From Candidatus Heimdallarchaeota archaeon (GTDB taxonomy: Archaea; Asgardarchaeota; Heimdallarchaeia; Heimdallarchaeales; Kariarchaeaceae), in contig JASBSB010000001.1 of the NCBI GenBank assembly GCA_030149205.1, forward strand, positions 620,712-652,711: a stretch of 32,000 nt of DNA. Direction: 5' to 3'. Shown here piece after piece: positions 24,304-32,000 of the stretch (the first letter of the stretch is position 1; each line of letters opens with the position of its first letter). Made by a program: the position numbers and the translations under genes. Below the pieces are notes generated by a model. The model was given only the letters and a program-made list of their open reading frames with translations, searched no databases and was not told where the DNA came from.

Positions 24304-24978
24304 ATGAAGACTAAACTCGCTGAATTCACAATTAATTTAATACAACCAGACCATCTATTGATTGGTATTGGTTCTGGCACAACCATAAATGAACTGATTA
24401 AAATATTACCTCAGAGGGAATATATCTCCGCCTCGAGTCAAACTAGTATAAATCTTCATATGAGGGAGGTTATTGAGAGGTCGGATTTTAATACAACCCA
24501 TGTTGACTTATTCATCGATGGAGCAGATCAGATACTTGAACGTAAATATGTGATAAAAGGAAGAGGGGGTGCTTTAACCCGTGAAAAAATCCTTTGGGAA
24601 TCAAGCCCTTCAGTCTGGATATTAGCTACTGAGGATAAATTTGTAGACTCAACGCTCAAACCAATTCCAATAGAAATTGTTCCTTTCGCTATAGAATTAA
24701 CCAAACAGAGGCTAATGGATGAACTCAAGAACCTAGGTGTTTTCGAACTCAACCTTAGAAGAACGATAGAGGGATTACCATTTCAAACAGATAATAGTAA
24801 TTATATATTTGACCTTGAAGTAGAAACCTTAAATATAAATTTAAAGGACTTATATCATAAAATTAAATTGGTTGTTGGAGTTGTAGAGATTGGTATTTTT
24901 TTCATTACATCAAACAAAGATTTCAAATTCATTAGTTCAAGGGACGGTGACGTCTTCATAATCAAACCCCAACTGTAA
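24304..24978 (+). CDS. rpiA: Ribose-5-phosphate isomerase A
   Basis: GIGSGTTINELI, DLFIDGADQI, IKGRGGALTREKIL and VGVVEIGIF are RpiA signature segments. The gene starts 3 nt after the preceding stop. Confidence 0.85.
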   Translation: MKTKLAEFTINLIQPDHLLIGIGSGTTINELIKILPQREYISASSQTSINLHMREVIERSDFNTTHVDLFIDGADQILERKYVIKGRGGALTREKILWESSPSVWILATEDKFVDSTLKPIPIEIVPFAIELTKQRLMDELKNLGVFELNLRRTIEGLPFQTDNSNYIFDLEVETLNINLKDLYHKIKLVVGVVEIGIFFITSNKDFKFISSRDGDVFIIKPQL

Positions 24979-25250
24979 GAAAAACATATCATTATGCCCC
25001 CATTTTGTTAAAAACGGGAGTTCTGGGAGTGTAAAATTCAATGCTGTTAGCTCATTAGACGAAGGTTTAGTTTTAAACACATCATACAGGCAATACAACC
25101 CGTGAAACTGGTTTTTAACAGGGTTTATTTTGATGAAAATGCCCAGAGAATTGATGAGAATTGTCAATGAAAAACTTAATACTTATATGCCATGAAAGTT
25201 TAAATTACTTTAGACAACAATCTCGTTGTTGGATTTTTGGGTTCGTGCTT

Positions 25251-26012
25251 ATGTTAAATCAAATATTTAAACGGGATGCAGAGGGTGTGCCTACTATTAA
25301 ATTGGTGATTTTTGGCCCTTCTTTAGCTGGAAAAACATCTCTGCTCGCAATTTACTCCATTTTGAAAAAGGTCGAGTCACCTGAACAAGTCTATTCAGAC
25401 TTGAAGAAAATTGAGGATCCCTCAGGAAGAACAGCTCTTTTTGATCAATCTGTCTTTGAGCTTCCTAAGGGACAAGGGACAACTTTACCTCTGATGCGAT
25501 ACGCACTTTATTCGGTTGCTGGTCAAGATAGATACAAAGAAACTAGAAAAGTAGTTTTAAGAGGTACCGACGGGTTAATGATAATGTTAGACCCTAGTGT
25601 TGAACAGTTTGATTCAAATAAAGAATCCCTCATAGAGCTAATGAATCTTCTAGGTGAACAAATCAATTCGAATGAATTACCTTGGATTTTAGTGATCAAT
25701 AAAGTAGATCTTCCTCAGGAACAAAGAACAGGAACAGAGGAAATAATGAAGCTTCTTATTGAAATTGGTTTGGTTCAAAACATCGGTGAAGCTTATCAAA
25801 AGGTTCACGAGATGTCATGTCTACAAGCTAAAGATGATTTGCTTGCCATGCCAAAAAGACAAGACTGGAAAGAGCTGCTTGATACAAGTGGTAGACTCAG
25901 AAGAGATGCAAGGCCTCAATCAGTGATTAGAGCTGCCGCACCAATTGAAAATTTAACTAGACTGGTTATAGAGCATAAAATACGTAAAATAAGAGGACAA
26001 GTTTCTAAATAA
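25251..26012 (+). CDS. MglA-like small Ras-superfamily GTPase with a ~75 aa C-terminal extension
   Basis: I prefer ATG 25251 (MLNQIFKRDAEGVPTIKLVIFGPSLAGKTS), which gives the usual ~16 aa before beta-1. G1 is GPSLAGKTS. Switch I is GRTALFD. G3 is YSVAGQDRY, with Ser in place of Asp as in the MglA T/SxxGQ motif. G4 is INKVDLP. DGLMIMLDPS...NKESL parallels MglA. Confidence 0.75.
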   Translation: MLNQIFKRDAEGVPTIKLVIFGPSLAGKTSLLAIYSILKKVESPEQVYSDLKKIEDPSGRTALFDQSVFELPKGQGTTLPLMRYALYSVAGQDRYKETRKVVLRGTDGLMIMLDPSVEQFDSNKESLIELMNLLGEQINSNELPWILVINKVDLPQEQRTGTEEIMKLLIEIGLVQNIGEAYQKVHEMSCLQAKDDLLAMPKRQDWKELLDTSGRLRRDARPQSVIRAAAPIENLTRLVIEHKIRKIRGQVSK

Positions 26013-26030
26013 ATCTAAATCCGCACGAAT

Positions 26031-26870
26031 CTAAACAATTGTGAATCTTAACTCACCAATTTCACTTATACCACTGATGATAGAATCACCCGGTTGTAGT
26101 GTTTTTTTAGGATCCATATAAAATCCCACTCCAGAAGGAGTTCCAGTTAAAACTATATCACCTGGATAAAGAGTAATTGCTTCTGAGATAAATTTCAATA
26201 GTGTCTCTATGGGGTAGATCATTTGTTTTAGTTTTGCTTGTTGTCTGAGATCACCATTGACTTGCAACCAAATTTCTAATTCCTTGTAATCTTTTATCTC
26301 CTCTTTTGTTACAATTAAAGGACCAATAGGTAAACTGTTATCAAATGCTTTCCCTCTGGTCCATTGTTTTTCTGATTTTTGTACATCTCTCATTGTAAGA
26401 TCATTGGCTACTGTATAGCCAAAAATGCAATCCAAAACATTTGGAGTATCTTTGTTCAGTTCCTTACCAATAACCACAGCGAGTTCAACCTCATAATCAA
26501 GATGTTCCCCAAAACTCGGTTTTTTTATCTTTGACAAATGGGCTGTCATATTACTTGGATACTTGGAGAACAACAAAGGAGATTCTTCAGGAGTCTTATT
26601 CTGTTCGGTTATATGTTCTAAATAATTCCTTCCAATGCAAATAACTTTACCTGGTTTTGCTACTGGAGGCAACCACTCAAATTCTACTTGAGATGGTTCT
26701 ATAGTTTCTATGAAGTTTTCTGTGGATAAAATATCAGATTTATCATAGTATAACTCTGTACCCAGATTATCTCTTAGATTCAAATCAGTATTTGATAAAT
26801 TGAATGTACCATTCTCATTCATTAGAATGTATCTTTCTTTTGAGTCTAATAGTATTCGACCTATCTTCAC
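26031..26870 (-). CDS. Fumarylacetoacetate hydrolase (FAH) family hydrolase/isomerase
   Basis: The start is GTG. KVICIGRNYLEHI, DYEVELAVVIGK, QWTRGKAFDNSLPIGP and PGDIVLTGTPSGVG are FAH-fold motifs. Confidence 0.85.
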   Translation of the reverse strand: MKIGRILLDSKERYILMNENGTFNLSNTDLNLRDNLGTELYYDKSDILSTENFIETIEPSQVEFEWLPPVAKPGKVICIGRNYLEHITEQNKTPEESPLLFSKYPSNMTAHLSKIKKPSFGEHLDYEVELAVVIGKELNKDTPNVLDCIFGYTVANDLTMRDVQKSEKQWTRGKAFDNSLPIGPLIVTKEEIKDYKELEIWLQVNGDLRQQAKLKQMIYPIETLLKFISEAITLYPGDIVLTGTPSGVGFYMDPKKTLQPGDSIISGISEIGELRFTIV

Positions 26871-26921
26871 AAATGAGAGAATTACTAAGGAGATTTAAGG
26901 GTTTATTACATGACCCATGAT

Positions 26922-27830
26922 TTAAGTAGAAATTACATGAGGAGCTTGTGTGCTCGGGTTAGTCAATATATATGATAAGTTTTTAGAGGATAAAAATGCC
27001 TGGACTTGATCAGGATTATTAGGATGGATAACTATGGTTTCTCCTATCATTGCCATCGTAACATGAAACTCCTCAATTTTATGGAGACCATCTACAAGTG
27101 TTGCAATTCGAGGTGTGCATAACCCACTTTTCATCAGGAAGTTATAAGACTCTTGAAATAAACTGTCAAGTGAAAAATTGATTAAAAGCCGGTTAATTGC
27201 TTCCATTCCTGCTGTGGTTACTTGATCCATCTTCTCCTTAGATTTTAACACGTTGGGTGTTGACAATGAAGCTATGGGTACGAGAAACAAATTTGCATTT
27301 AATGCAAATGACTTAACCTTCCCAATTCCAGGAGCACCTTGTTCGATTCGTAGCTCAAATCCAGGAACAGATTGTGCCAATACAGACCCTAACCCAGTTT
27401 GACAGATAATGTCTGTGATGTGTGCCATTTGTAAAATCTCTATGTCAGAGAGTTGAGTGTCATATAATTGATTTAATGCTAAAAGTGTACCGATTGCGCC
27501 TGCTCCACTTGTAGAGAGCCCATAGCCTGTGGGAACAGGTGAATTATGATAAACATTGACGGCAGGGTTGATCCTCGTCCTGATCCGAAATTGTTTAATT
27601 GCCTCTTTTGTTACCTCTCCATTTATAACTTGTTCATTTAGAAAAATTTTCACCTCCTCATTTTTTTTTCTAAGATCAACTGTTGTTTCCATTCCCAACC
27701 CAAAATTTACTCCGGCCCCAAGACTACCCATCTTAAGTGGCTCATTAAATTTTTTTGGCGTTGCAAATATAAAAGTAGCATGAATAGGTGCCCAAGCAGA
27801 AACTTTCTCCACAAGGATGCTAAATAACAC
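26922..27830 (-). CDS. GHMP-family kinase, archaeal pantoate kinase-like (CoA biosynthesis)
   Basis: The start is GTG. The GHMP motif is PVPTGYGLSTSGAGAIGTLLAL. The N-terminus (APIHATFIF...GSLGAGVNFGLG) parallels archaeal PoK. A phosphopantothenate synthetase gene lies 2.8 kb away. Confidence 0.7.
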   Translation of the reverse strand: MLFSILVEKVSAWAPIHATFIFATPKKFNEPLKMGSLGAGVNFGLGMETTVDLRKKNEEVKIFLNEQVINGEVTKEAIKQFRIRTRINPAVNVYHNSPVPTGYGLSTSGAGAIGTLLALNQLYDTQLSDIEILQMAHITDIICQTGLGSVLAQSVPGFELRIEQGAPGIGKVKSFALNANLFLVPIASLSTPNVLKSKEKMDQVTTAGMEAINRLLINFSLDSLFQESYNFLMKSGLCTPRIATLVDGLHKIEEFHVTMAMIGETIVIHPNNPDQVQAFLSSKNLSYILTNPSTQAPHVIST

Positions 27831-27855
27831 ATTCTTTAAACTTAAAGATTATATC

Positions 27856-28983
27856 TCAACTAGATTCTTTCACTTGAAATTCCATTAAACAATATATATC
27901 CCTCTTACCTGCTTCAAAGTAGCTAGAAAACTCATATTCTTTTCCTGTGAATGTGGATAGAACGCCTTCATATATCCCCATTGCAAAATCACAGATTGCT
28001 CTGTTCGCTGGAATGCATTTGTCTCCGGGACTAAGATTACAGAGTGACATTGCTTTTATATCTCGAACCATAGTAAGAGTCTCGGATTCTATAATTTCCT
28101 GACTCAGGATATCTTCTGGATTCTCTCCGAAAGACTCTTTTATAGAGGTTGAAAGGAAACGACCAACCATGTTTCCAACTAATTTAATCTCTCTATTTGC
28201 CTCTGTGGATTTTTCTATTAGAAATTCAGTCAGGGTCAAAACATTGGTCATAATGTCAGTTGATGATTGCTCATCAAGTGGGTTGATTTCATACCAAGAT
28301 TTGCTGAATTCAACAAGAACCTCTTGCAACTGTAAAAAGAGAGTGGATTGTGGCAGTTTAGAATTTACTATTGGGAGTAAAAATTGAGTCACATCAATTT
28401 TTTGAGAGGATGTTGAATGTGTAGGAACTTCAACACTTTGATTTTGTATTGGGGGAGTTTGTGGTTGTCTAACATCTGCAGACTTAGAAACAACTTTGTC
28501 CTTCGATGTCCGACCACTTTTCAGTCCAGATTCTATTGCTTTCACCTCAACAGTGTACGCAGGACCAGTGTTAAAGTCAACTGTTACCAGTGCATCTACC
28601 TCTCTATCTAAAAGATGATACCCCACTGCTTTAGAAACAGCTTTAACAAGTAACCTAATACCTTCCGATGAAGCGTCTGTTTGATCCAAGTGGCGATTGT
28701 TTCCTAATATTATTTCCAGATGATTTGCAGATTTTGTTCTTATCTGCACGTTTTTCCAGCCTAGAGTTGCTAGGAACGTTTGAACTTGCTCGTTTATGGA
28801 AAGCCCTCTTGAGGGGATAAAGAGATTTTTAATGATGGGGACAGTCACATCAAGAAAGCGGTTTGCTTCATCTTCTGCTCTTACAACATCCTCTGCCAGA
28901 TACTGAAGCATTCGTAAAAGTATCCGGATAGTTTGGCTAGATTGTGCCTTTTCGGAACCTGTTCTTGTCCAAATATTTAACAT
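27856..28983 (-). CDS. Tandem V4R-like (Bet3/TRAPP-related fold) domain protein with a low-complexity linker
   Basis: The C-terminal half has AICDFAMGIYEGVLSTFTGKEYEFSSYFEAGKRDIYCLMEFQVKE, matching the V4R consensus C.f..G...G.......v.E..C...G...C.F.v. The N-terminal half (TFLATLGWKNVQIRTKSANHLEIILGNN...VKAVSKAVGYHLL...YTVEVKAIE) is V4R-like without the cysteines. The linker is S/T/Q/P-rich. Confidence 0.55.
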   Translation of the reverse strand: MLNIWTRTGSEKAQSSQTIRILLRMLQYLAEDVVRAEDEANRFLDVTVPIIKNLFIPSRGLSINEQVQTFLATLGWKNVQIRTKSANHLEIILGNNRHLDQTDASSEGIRLLVKAVSKAVGYHLLDREVDALVTVDFNTGPAYTVEVKAIESGLKSGRTSKDKVVSKSADVRQPQTPPIQNQSVEVPTHSTSSQKIDVTQFLLPIVNSKLPQSTLFLQLQEVLVEFSKSWYEINPLDEQSSTDIMTNVLTLTEFLIEKSTEANREIKLVGNMVGRFLSTSIKESFGENPEDILSQEIIESETLTMVRDIKAMSLCNLSPGDKCIPANRAICDFAMGIYEGVLSTFTGKEYEFSSYFEAGKRDIYCLMEFQVKESS

Positions 28984-29084
28984 GATATTTTTGTCCTCGT
29001 TTAATAAATTTCACTCATAACTGATATAAAACACTCGGTTAAACCATTGAATATTTGATGGATTTCCATTCTACAAGAGTAGAT

Positions 29085-29110
29085 TTTATCCAACCATGGT
29101 TTATCCAACC
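29085..29110. promoter_or_regulatory. Two direct copies of TTTATCCAACC (period 15) abutting a TATA-like box
   Basis: Copies at 29085-29095 and 29100-29110 are identical over 11 nt. AAAATTTTAAA at 29116-29126 ends 22 nt upstream of ATG 29149, which is leaderless geometry. Confidence 0.35.
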
Positions 29111-29148
29111 CCCACAAAATTTTAAACAGATAGTTAATTCTTTACCCT

Positions 29149-30456
29149 ATGGACTCATATAATCAGATGTTACCTGCAATCCATGAATGGCTAAGATTCA
29201 ACGGATACTATTACCATGTTCCGGGTATTTCCTATGCAATTGAATTTGATGGAAAACTACTGACCTCAAGAGCTGTTGGAATGGCTAACCTCAAAGAAAA
29301 TAAACTTATGAACACCGAGACTAGGTTTAGAGTGGCATCCCATTCGAAGCTCTTTACTGCAACCGCAATAATGGAACTATATGCTGAAGATAAATTATCA
29401 ATAGATGATAGAGTCTCAAAACATCTCAGTTGGTTCAAGCCCAAAAACAGAAATATTAGGATCAGGCACCTTCTAACTCACAGTAGTGGGATTACAAGAG
29501 ACACAGAGTATGGACAATGGGAACACCATAATTTTCCGGATCTAGAGACCTTTAAATCTCTTTTAAATGACAAATTTGAAATTCTAGACCTCGCCTCTGA
29601 GATCAAATATTCAAACATAGGATACACTCTTCTTGGATTGATCATTGAAAAGGTGAGTGGATTGACATATGAGAACTACATGATAGACCTATGTACAAGA
29701 TTAAACCTAACACACACTACACCAAGCCTAGGAGACACCGAAAAGTTACACGCAACTGGGTATAAGATGTATATGCCAAATGAACCTAGAGAACCATTAC
29801 CACATGTGGAAGCAAAGGTTATGAATGCTGCAACAGGATTCTCCAGTGTCCCCACAGATATGCTTAGGTTTTTACACGCATTAATGCCAGAAACAGAAAG
29901 TCAACTAAAACTTGATGATTATTATAAAAGGGAGATGCAAAACGTCCAATTCTCTCATCAGGATAATGTTAAATGGGGTTTTGGCCTTTCAATCTCGAAG
30001 ATCGATAATACAAAGTTTGTGGGTCATGGAGGAGGATACCCTGGTTTTATAACTTATTCAGCAATCTCACCTGAGAACAAACTAGCAGCCGCAGTATATA
30101 CGAATACATTAAATCCTCCAGAATTATTTGGTGGAGTTATTGGACTTTTAAATTATGCAGATAAGAATTATGATAAATATTCTGGAAAGAATAGAGACCT
30201 TTCCAAATATGTTGGAGTGTACAGAGGTAGATGGAGGATGTTATACATCGGACAATTAAATCAACAATTAATCAGTGTTCCATTGTCCAACTTAAACCCC
30301 ATACCTTATATTGAGAGGTTGGAACCAACTGAGGAAGACACATTTATAATTAAAGAGGCAACCCCCTTAGCTTCTAAAGGCCAACCAGTTAAATTTTTAG
30401 ATGGAGAGCTGCATGTAGGTGGCTCAATTTATAGAAGGTATGAATATAATTATTAA
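29149..30456 (+). CDS. Serine hydrolase of the class-C beta-lactamase / PBP (transpeptidase-fold) family
   Basis: The S-x-x-K motif is RVASHSKLFTA. The Y-x-N motif is KYSNIGYTLLG. HGGGYPGF occupies the KTG-equivalent position. No signal peptide is seen. Confidence 0.8.
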   Translation: MDSYNQMLPAIHEWLRFNGYYYHVPGISYAIEFDGKLLTSRAVGMANLKENKLMNTETRFRVASHSKLFTATAIMELYAEDKLSIDDRVSKHLSWFKPKNRNIRIRHLLTHSSGITRDTEYGQWEHHNFPDLETFKSLLNDKFEILDLASEIKYSNIGYTLLGLIIEKVSGLTYENYMIDLCTRLNLTHTTPSLGDTEKLHATGYKMYMPNEPREPLPHVEAKVMNAATGFSSVPTDMLRFLHALMPETESQLKLDDYYKREMQNVQFSHQDNVKWGFGLSISKIDNTKFVGHGGGYPGFITYSAISPENKLAAAVYTNTLNPPELFGGVIGLLNYADKNYDKYSGKNRDLSKYVGVYRGRWRMLYIGQLNQQLISVPLSNLNPIPYIERLEPTEEDTFIIKEATPLASKGQPVKFLDGELHVGGSIYRRYEYNY

Positions 30457-30595
30457 GTTAAGGAGATTTTACAATTAATATTTAATAGAGTAATCAGATA
30501 TGTTCGTATCTCGGTCATTTCTGATCAGAAGAAATATGCTACATTGATATAGAAATATAGAAGAAGTTAAACTATGTAAGGATGATGAGTGCTTA

Positions 30596-31339
30596 TTGAT
30601 TCCAAATTCTCATCCAAGAGCAGCATCATTGAACATTCGACATAAAATAATTGAGGGTATGCACAAACATATTGTTGCAGAATCTGGGTTAATAGCCCAT
30701 GGTAGAGGAGAAGCTTTTGATTATTTACTAGGTGAGCAGACACATCACTTTGCGTTGGCAGCTATCGAGGCAGCTGCTGCGATGATTAAACTTAGCACAC
30801 ATCCAATCATCTCAGTCAATGGAAATGTCTCCATATTATGTCCTAAGGAGATGGTTGAATTCTCTAAACTCTCTGAGGCAAAATTAGAGATAAACCTTTT
30901 TTATAGAAGACCTGAAAGATATGAAGCCATCAAGTCTCACCTAGAAACTTTTGGTGCGGACGAGATTTTAGGTATAGAAGAAGATGCACAGGTTGAATTA
31001 GATGGGTTAGAGTCATATAGAAGAATTGTTGATAAGGAGGGTATTTATATCGCTGACACTGTTTTTGTACCATTAGAAGATGGTGATCGAACTGAGACAC
31101 TCAAACGATTGAATAAGAACGTTATTACTGTGGATTTAAACCCGCTTTCCAGAACCTCACTTAACGCTGATATTACAATAGTGGATAATATTATCAGGGT
31201 GTTTCCCCTCCTTCAGAACTTTTACAAAGATATGGAGGCAGATAGTGCACGAGATATACTCTCTAAATATAATAATAAGGCAGTGTTAAATCAGGCCATG
31301 GAGACTATGAGTACAGAATGGAAAAAAAAATTGAATTAA
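30596..31339 (+). CDS. 4-phosphopantoate--beta-alanine ligase (archaeal phosphopantothenate synthetase, DUF137-like)
   Basis: TTG is the only start available after the in-frame TGA at 30545-30547. IPNSHPRAASLNIRHKIIEGM...GLIAHGRGEAFDYLLGE closely parallels archaeal PPS N-termini as I recall them. Confidence 0.8.
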   Translation: MIPNSHPRAASLNIRHKIIEGMHKHIVAESGLIAHGRGEAFDYLLGEQTHHFALAAIEAAAAMIKLSTHPIISVNGNVSILCPKEMVEFSKLSEAKLEINLFYRRPERYEAIKSHLETFGADEILGIEEDAQVELDGLESYRRIVDKEGIYIADTVFVPLEDGDRTETLKRLNKNVITVDLNPLSRTSLNADITIVDNIIRVFPLLQNFYKDMEADSARDILSKYNNKAVLNQAMETMSTEWKKKLN

Positions 31340-31350
31340 TAATATAATTT

Positions 31351-32000
31351 TTAATCCTCTAGATCATTTAACCAAAATTCAGGAGAAATATCACTTGGTA
31401 GTCTCCAATCTGTTCGAGGGGAGAGTGTGATATCAGTCACCTTTGGCCCATCAGGCATTGCTGTTCTTTTAAATTGATTTTTAAAGAACCTGTCTAAGAA
31501 CAACCGAAGCCAGTCTTTCAATATTTTATCACTATACTTGTCCTCAAAAGCAATTTTTGCCAGAAATAAGATCTTGGATGGGCTATACCAATTTTTGACA
31601 AAATGATACAAGAAGAAATCATGAACTTCGTAAGGTCCTAAGGTTGCCTCAGTAATCTGAGAGATTTCTCCATTCTTGTGGGGTGGTCTAAGCTCAGGAC
31701 TGATCGGGGTCTTTAGTATCTTTCCTAATATCGGCTTAAGTTTCTTAGGTGCTTTGTTTAATTCATACCAGTTTATGATTACCTGAAGCATGGTTTTTGG
31801 AACGCTAGAGTTTACTGCGTAAGAACTTATCTGGTCACCTGCATAAGTCATCCAGCCAAGCGCTATCTCTGATAAATCACCTGTTCCCACTAACAAACCT
31901 TTGATCTGATTTGCCTTGTTAAAAGCCAACTGGTATCTCATTCTCGCTTGAGTGTTCTCGTATGTCAAATCTATGGTACCGTCATGATGTAGGAGGTTAA
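31351..32000 (-). CDS. nadE: NAD+ synthetase, C-terminal part (5' end beyond the window)
   Basis: The reading frame stays open to position 32000 (NLLHHDGTIDLTYENTQARMRYQL...). LVGTGDLSEIALGWMTYAGDQ is the NadE ATP-pyrophosphatase region. The tail GPKVTDITLSPRTDWRLPSD resembles the large glutamine-dependent NadE type. Confidence 0.8.
   Translation of the reverse strand, partial: NLLHHDGTIDLTYENTQARMRYQLAFNKANQIKGLLVGTGDLSEIALGWMTYAGDQISSYAVNSSVPKTMLQVIINWYELNKAPKKLKPILGKILKTPISPELRPPHKNGEISQITEATLGPYEVHDFFLYHFVKNWYSPSKILFLAKIAFEDKYSDKILKDWLRLFLDRFFKNQFKRTAMPDGPKVTDITLSPRTDWRLPSDISPEFWLNDLED

Noticed and set aside
23820-24386. 188 aa minus-strand ORF with GAGILLLVGAGI repeats
   Set aside because: It is the antisense reading of the IPAPTKSS repeat array. 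It also overlaps the rpiA start and has no independent start context.
25131-25157. Two TGATGA boxes 15 nt apart in the long spacer upstream of the GTPase gene
   Set aside because: No CUGA D or D' boxes occur in the required positions on either side. It is not a credible C/D sRNA.
24937-25167. 76 aa minus-strand ORF in the rpiA-GTPase spacer
   Set aside because: It overlaps the 3' end of rpiA by 42 nt. It has no RBS or TATA context and a random-looking composition. I could not support it as a gene.
1-32000. Search for CRISPR arrays, transposases, integrases, IS or MITE terminal repeats, rRNA genes or prophage genes
   Set aside because: I found none. The only tandem repeat is the in-frame coding array at 23830-24126, and no repeated intergenic element recurs across the window.

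Overview
This is a dense, low-GC (roughly mid-30s %) chromosomal window with about 30 genes on both strands and short intergenic spacers. I see no rRNA, CRISPR array, transposase or integrase. The gene content points to an archaeon. It has Sec61-like SecY, ribosomal proteins eS26 and uL11, and a crenarchaeal-type single-OB SSB. It also has the archaea-specific CoA route (pantoate kinase plus phosphopantothenate synthetase), a TrmY-like SPOUT methyltransferase, a beta-CASP RNase and TATA-box/leaderless promoter geometry. GTG and TTG starts are frequent. Interspersed with housekeeping genes (ALDH, udp, glmS plus a GlmU-like enzyme, rpiA, crotonase, FAH-family hydrolase, nadE) are several eukaryote-like or poorly characterised genes. 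These are an EAP30/Vps22-like tandem winged-helix protein next to a membrane-anchored coiled-coil/Pro-Thr-repeat protein, an MglA-like small GTPase without MglB, and two V4R (Bet3/TRAPP-related) domain proteins. There is also a six-CxxC zinc-finger/PH-like protein, an EutA-like actin-fold ATPase with no eut genes, an EF-Tu-like protein whose GTPase motifs are all degenerate, and a secreted double-HKD PLD protein with a lamin-tail-like domain. This mix would fit an Asgard/TACK-type genome, but that is inference only. The best sequence-supported non-coding feature is a tRNA-Trp(CCA) gene on the minus strand carrying two introns, one in the anticodon loop and one in the T-loop. All family assignments come from motif recognition by eye. 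No database search or structure prediction was run.
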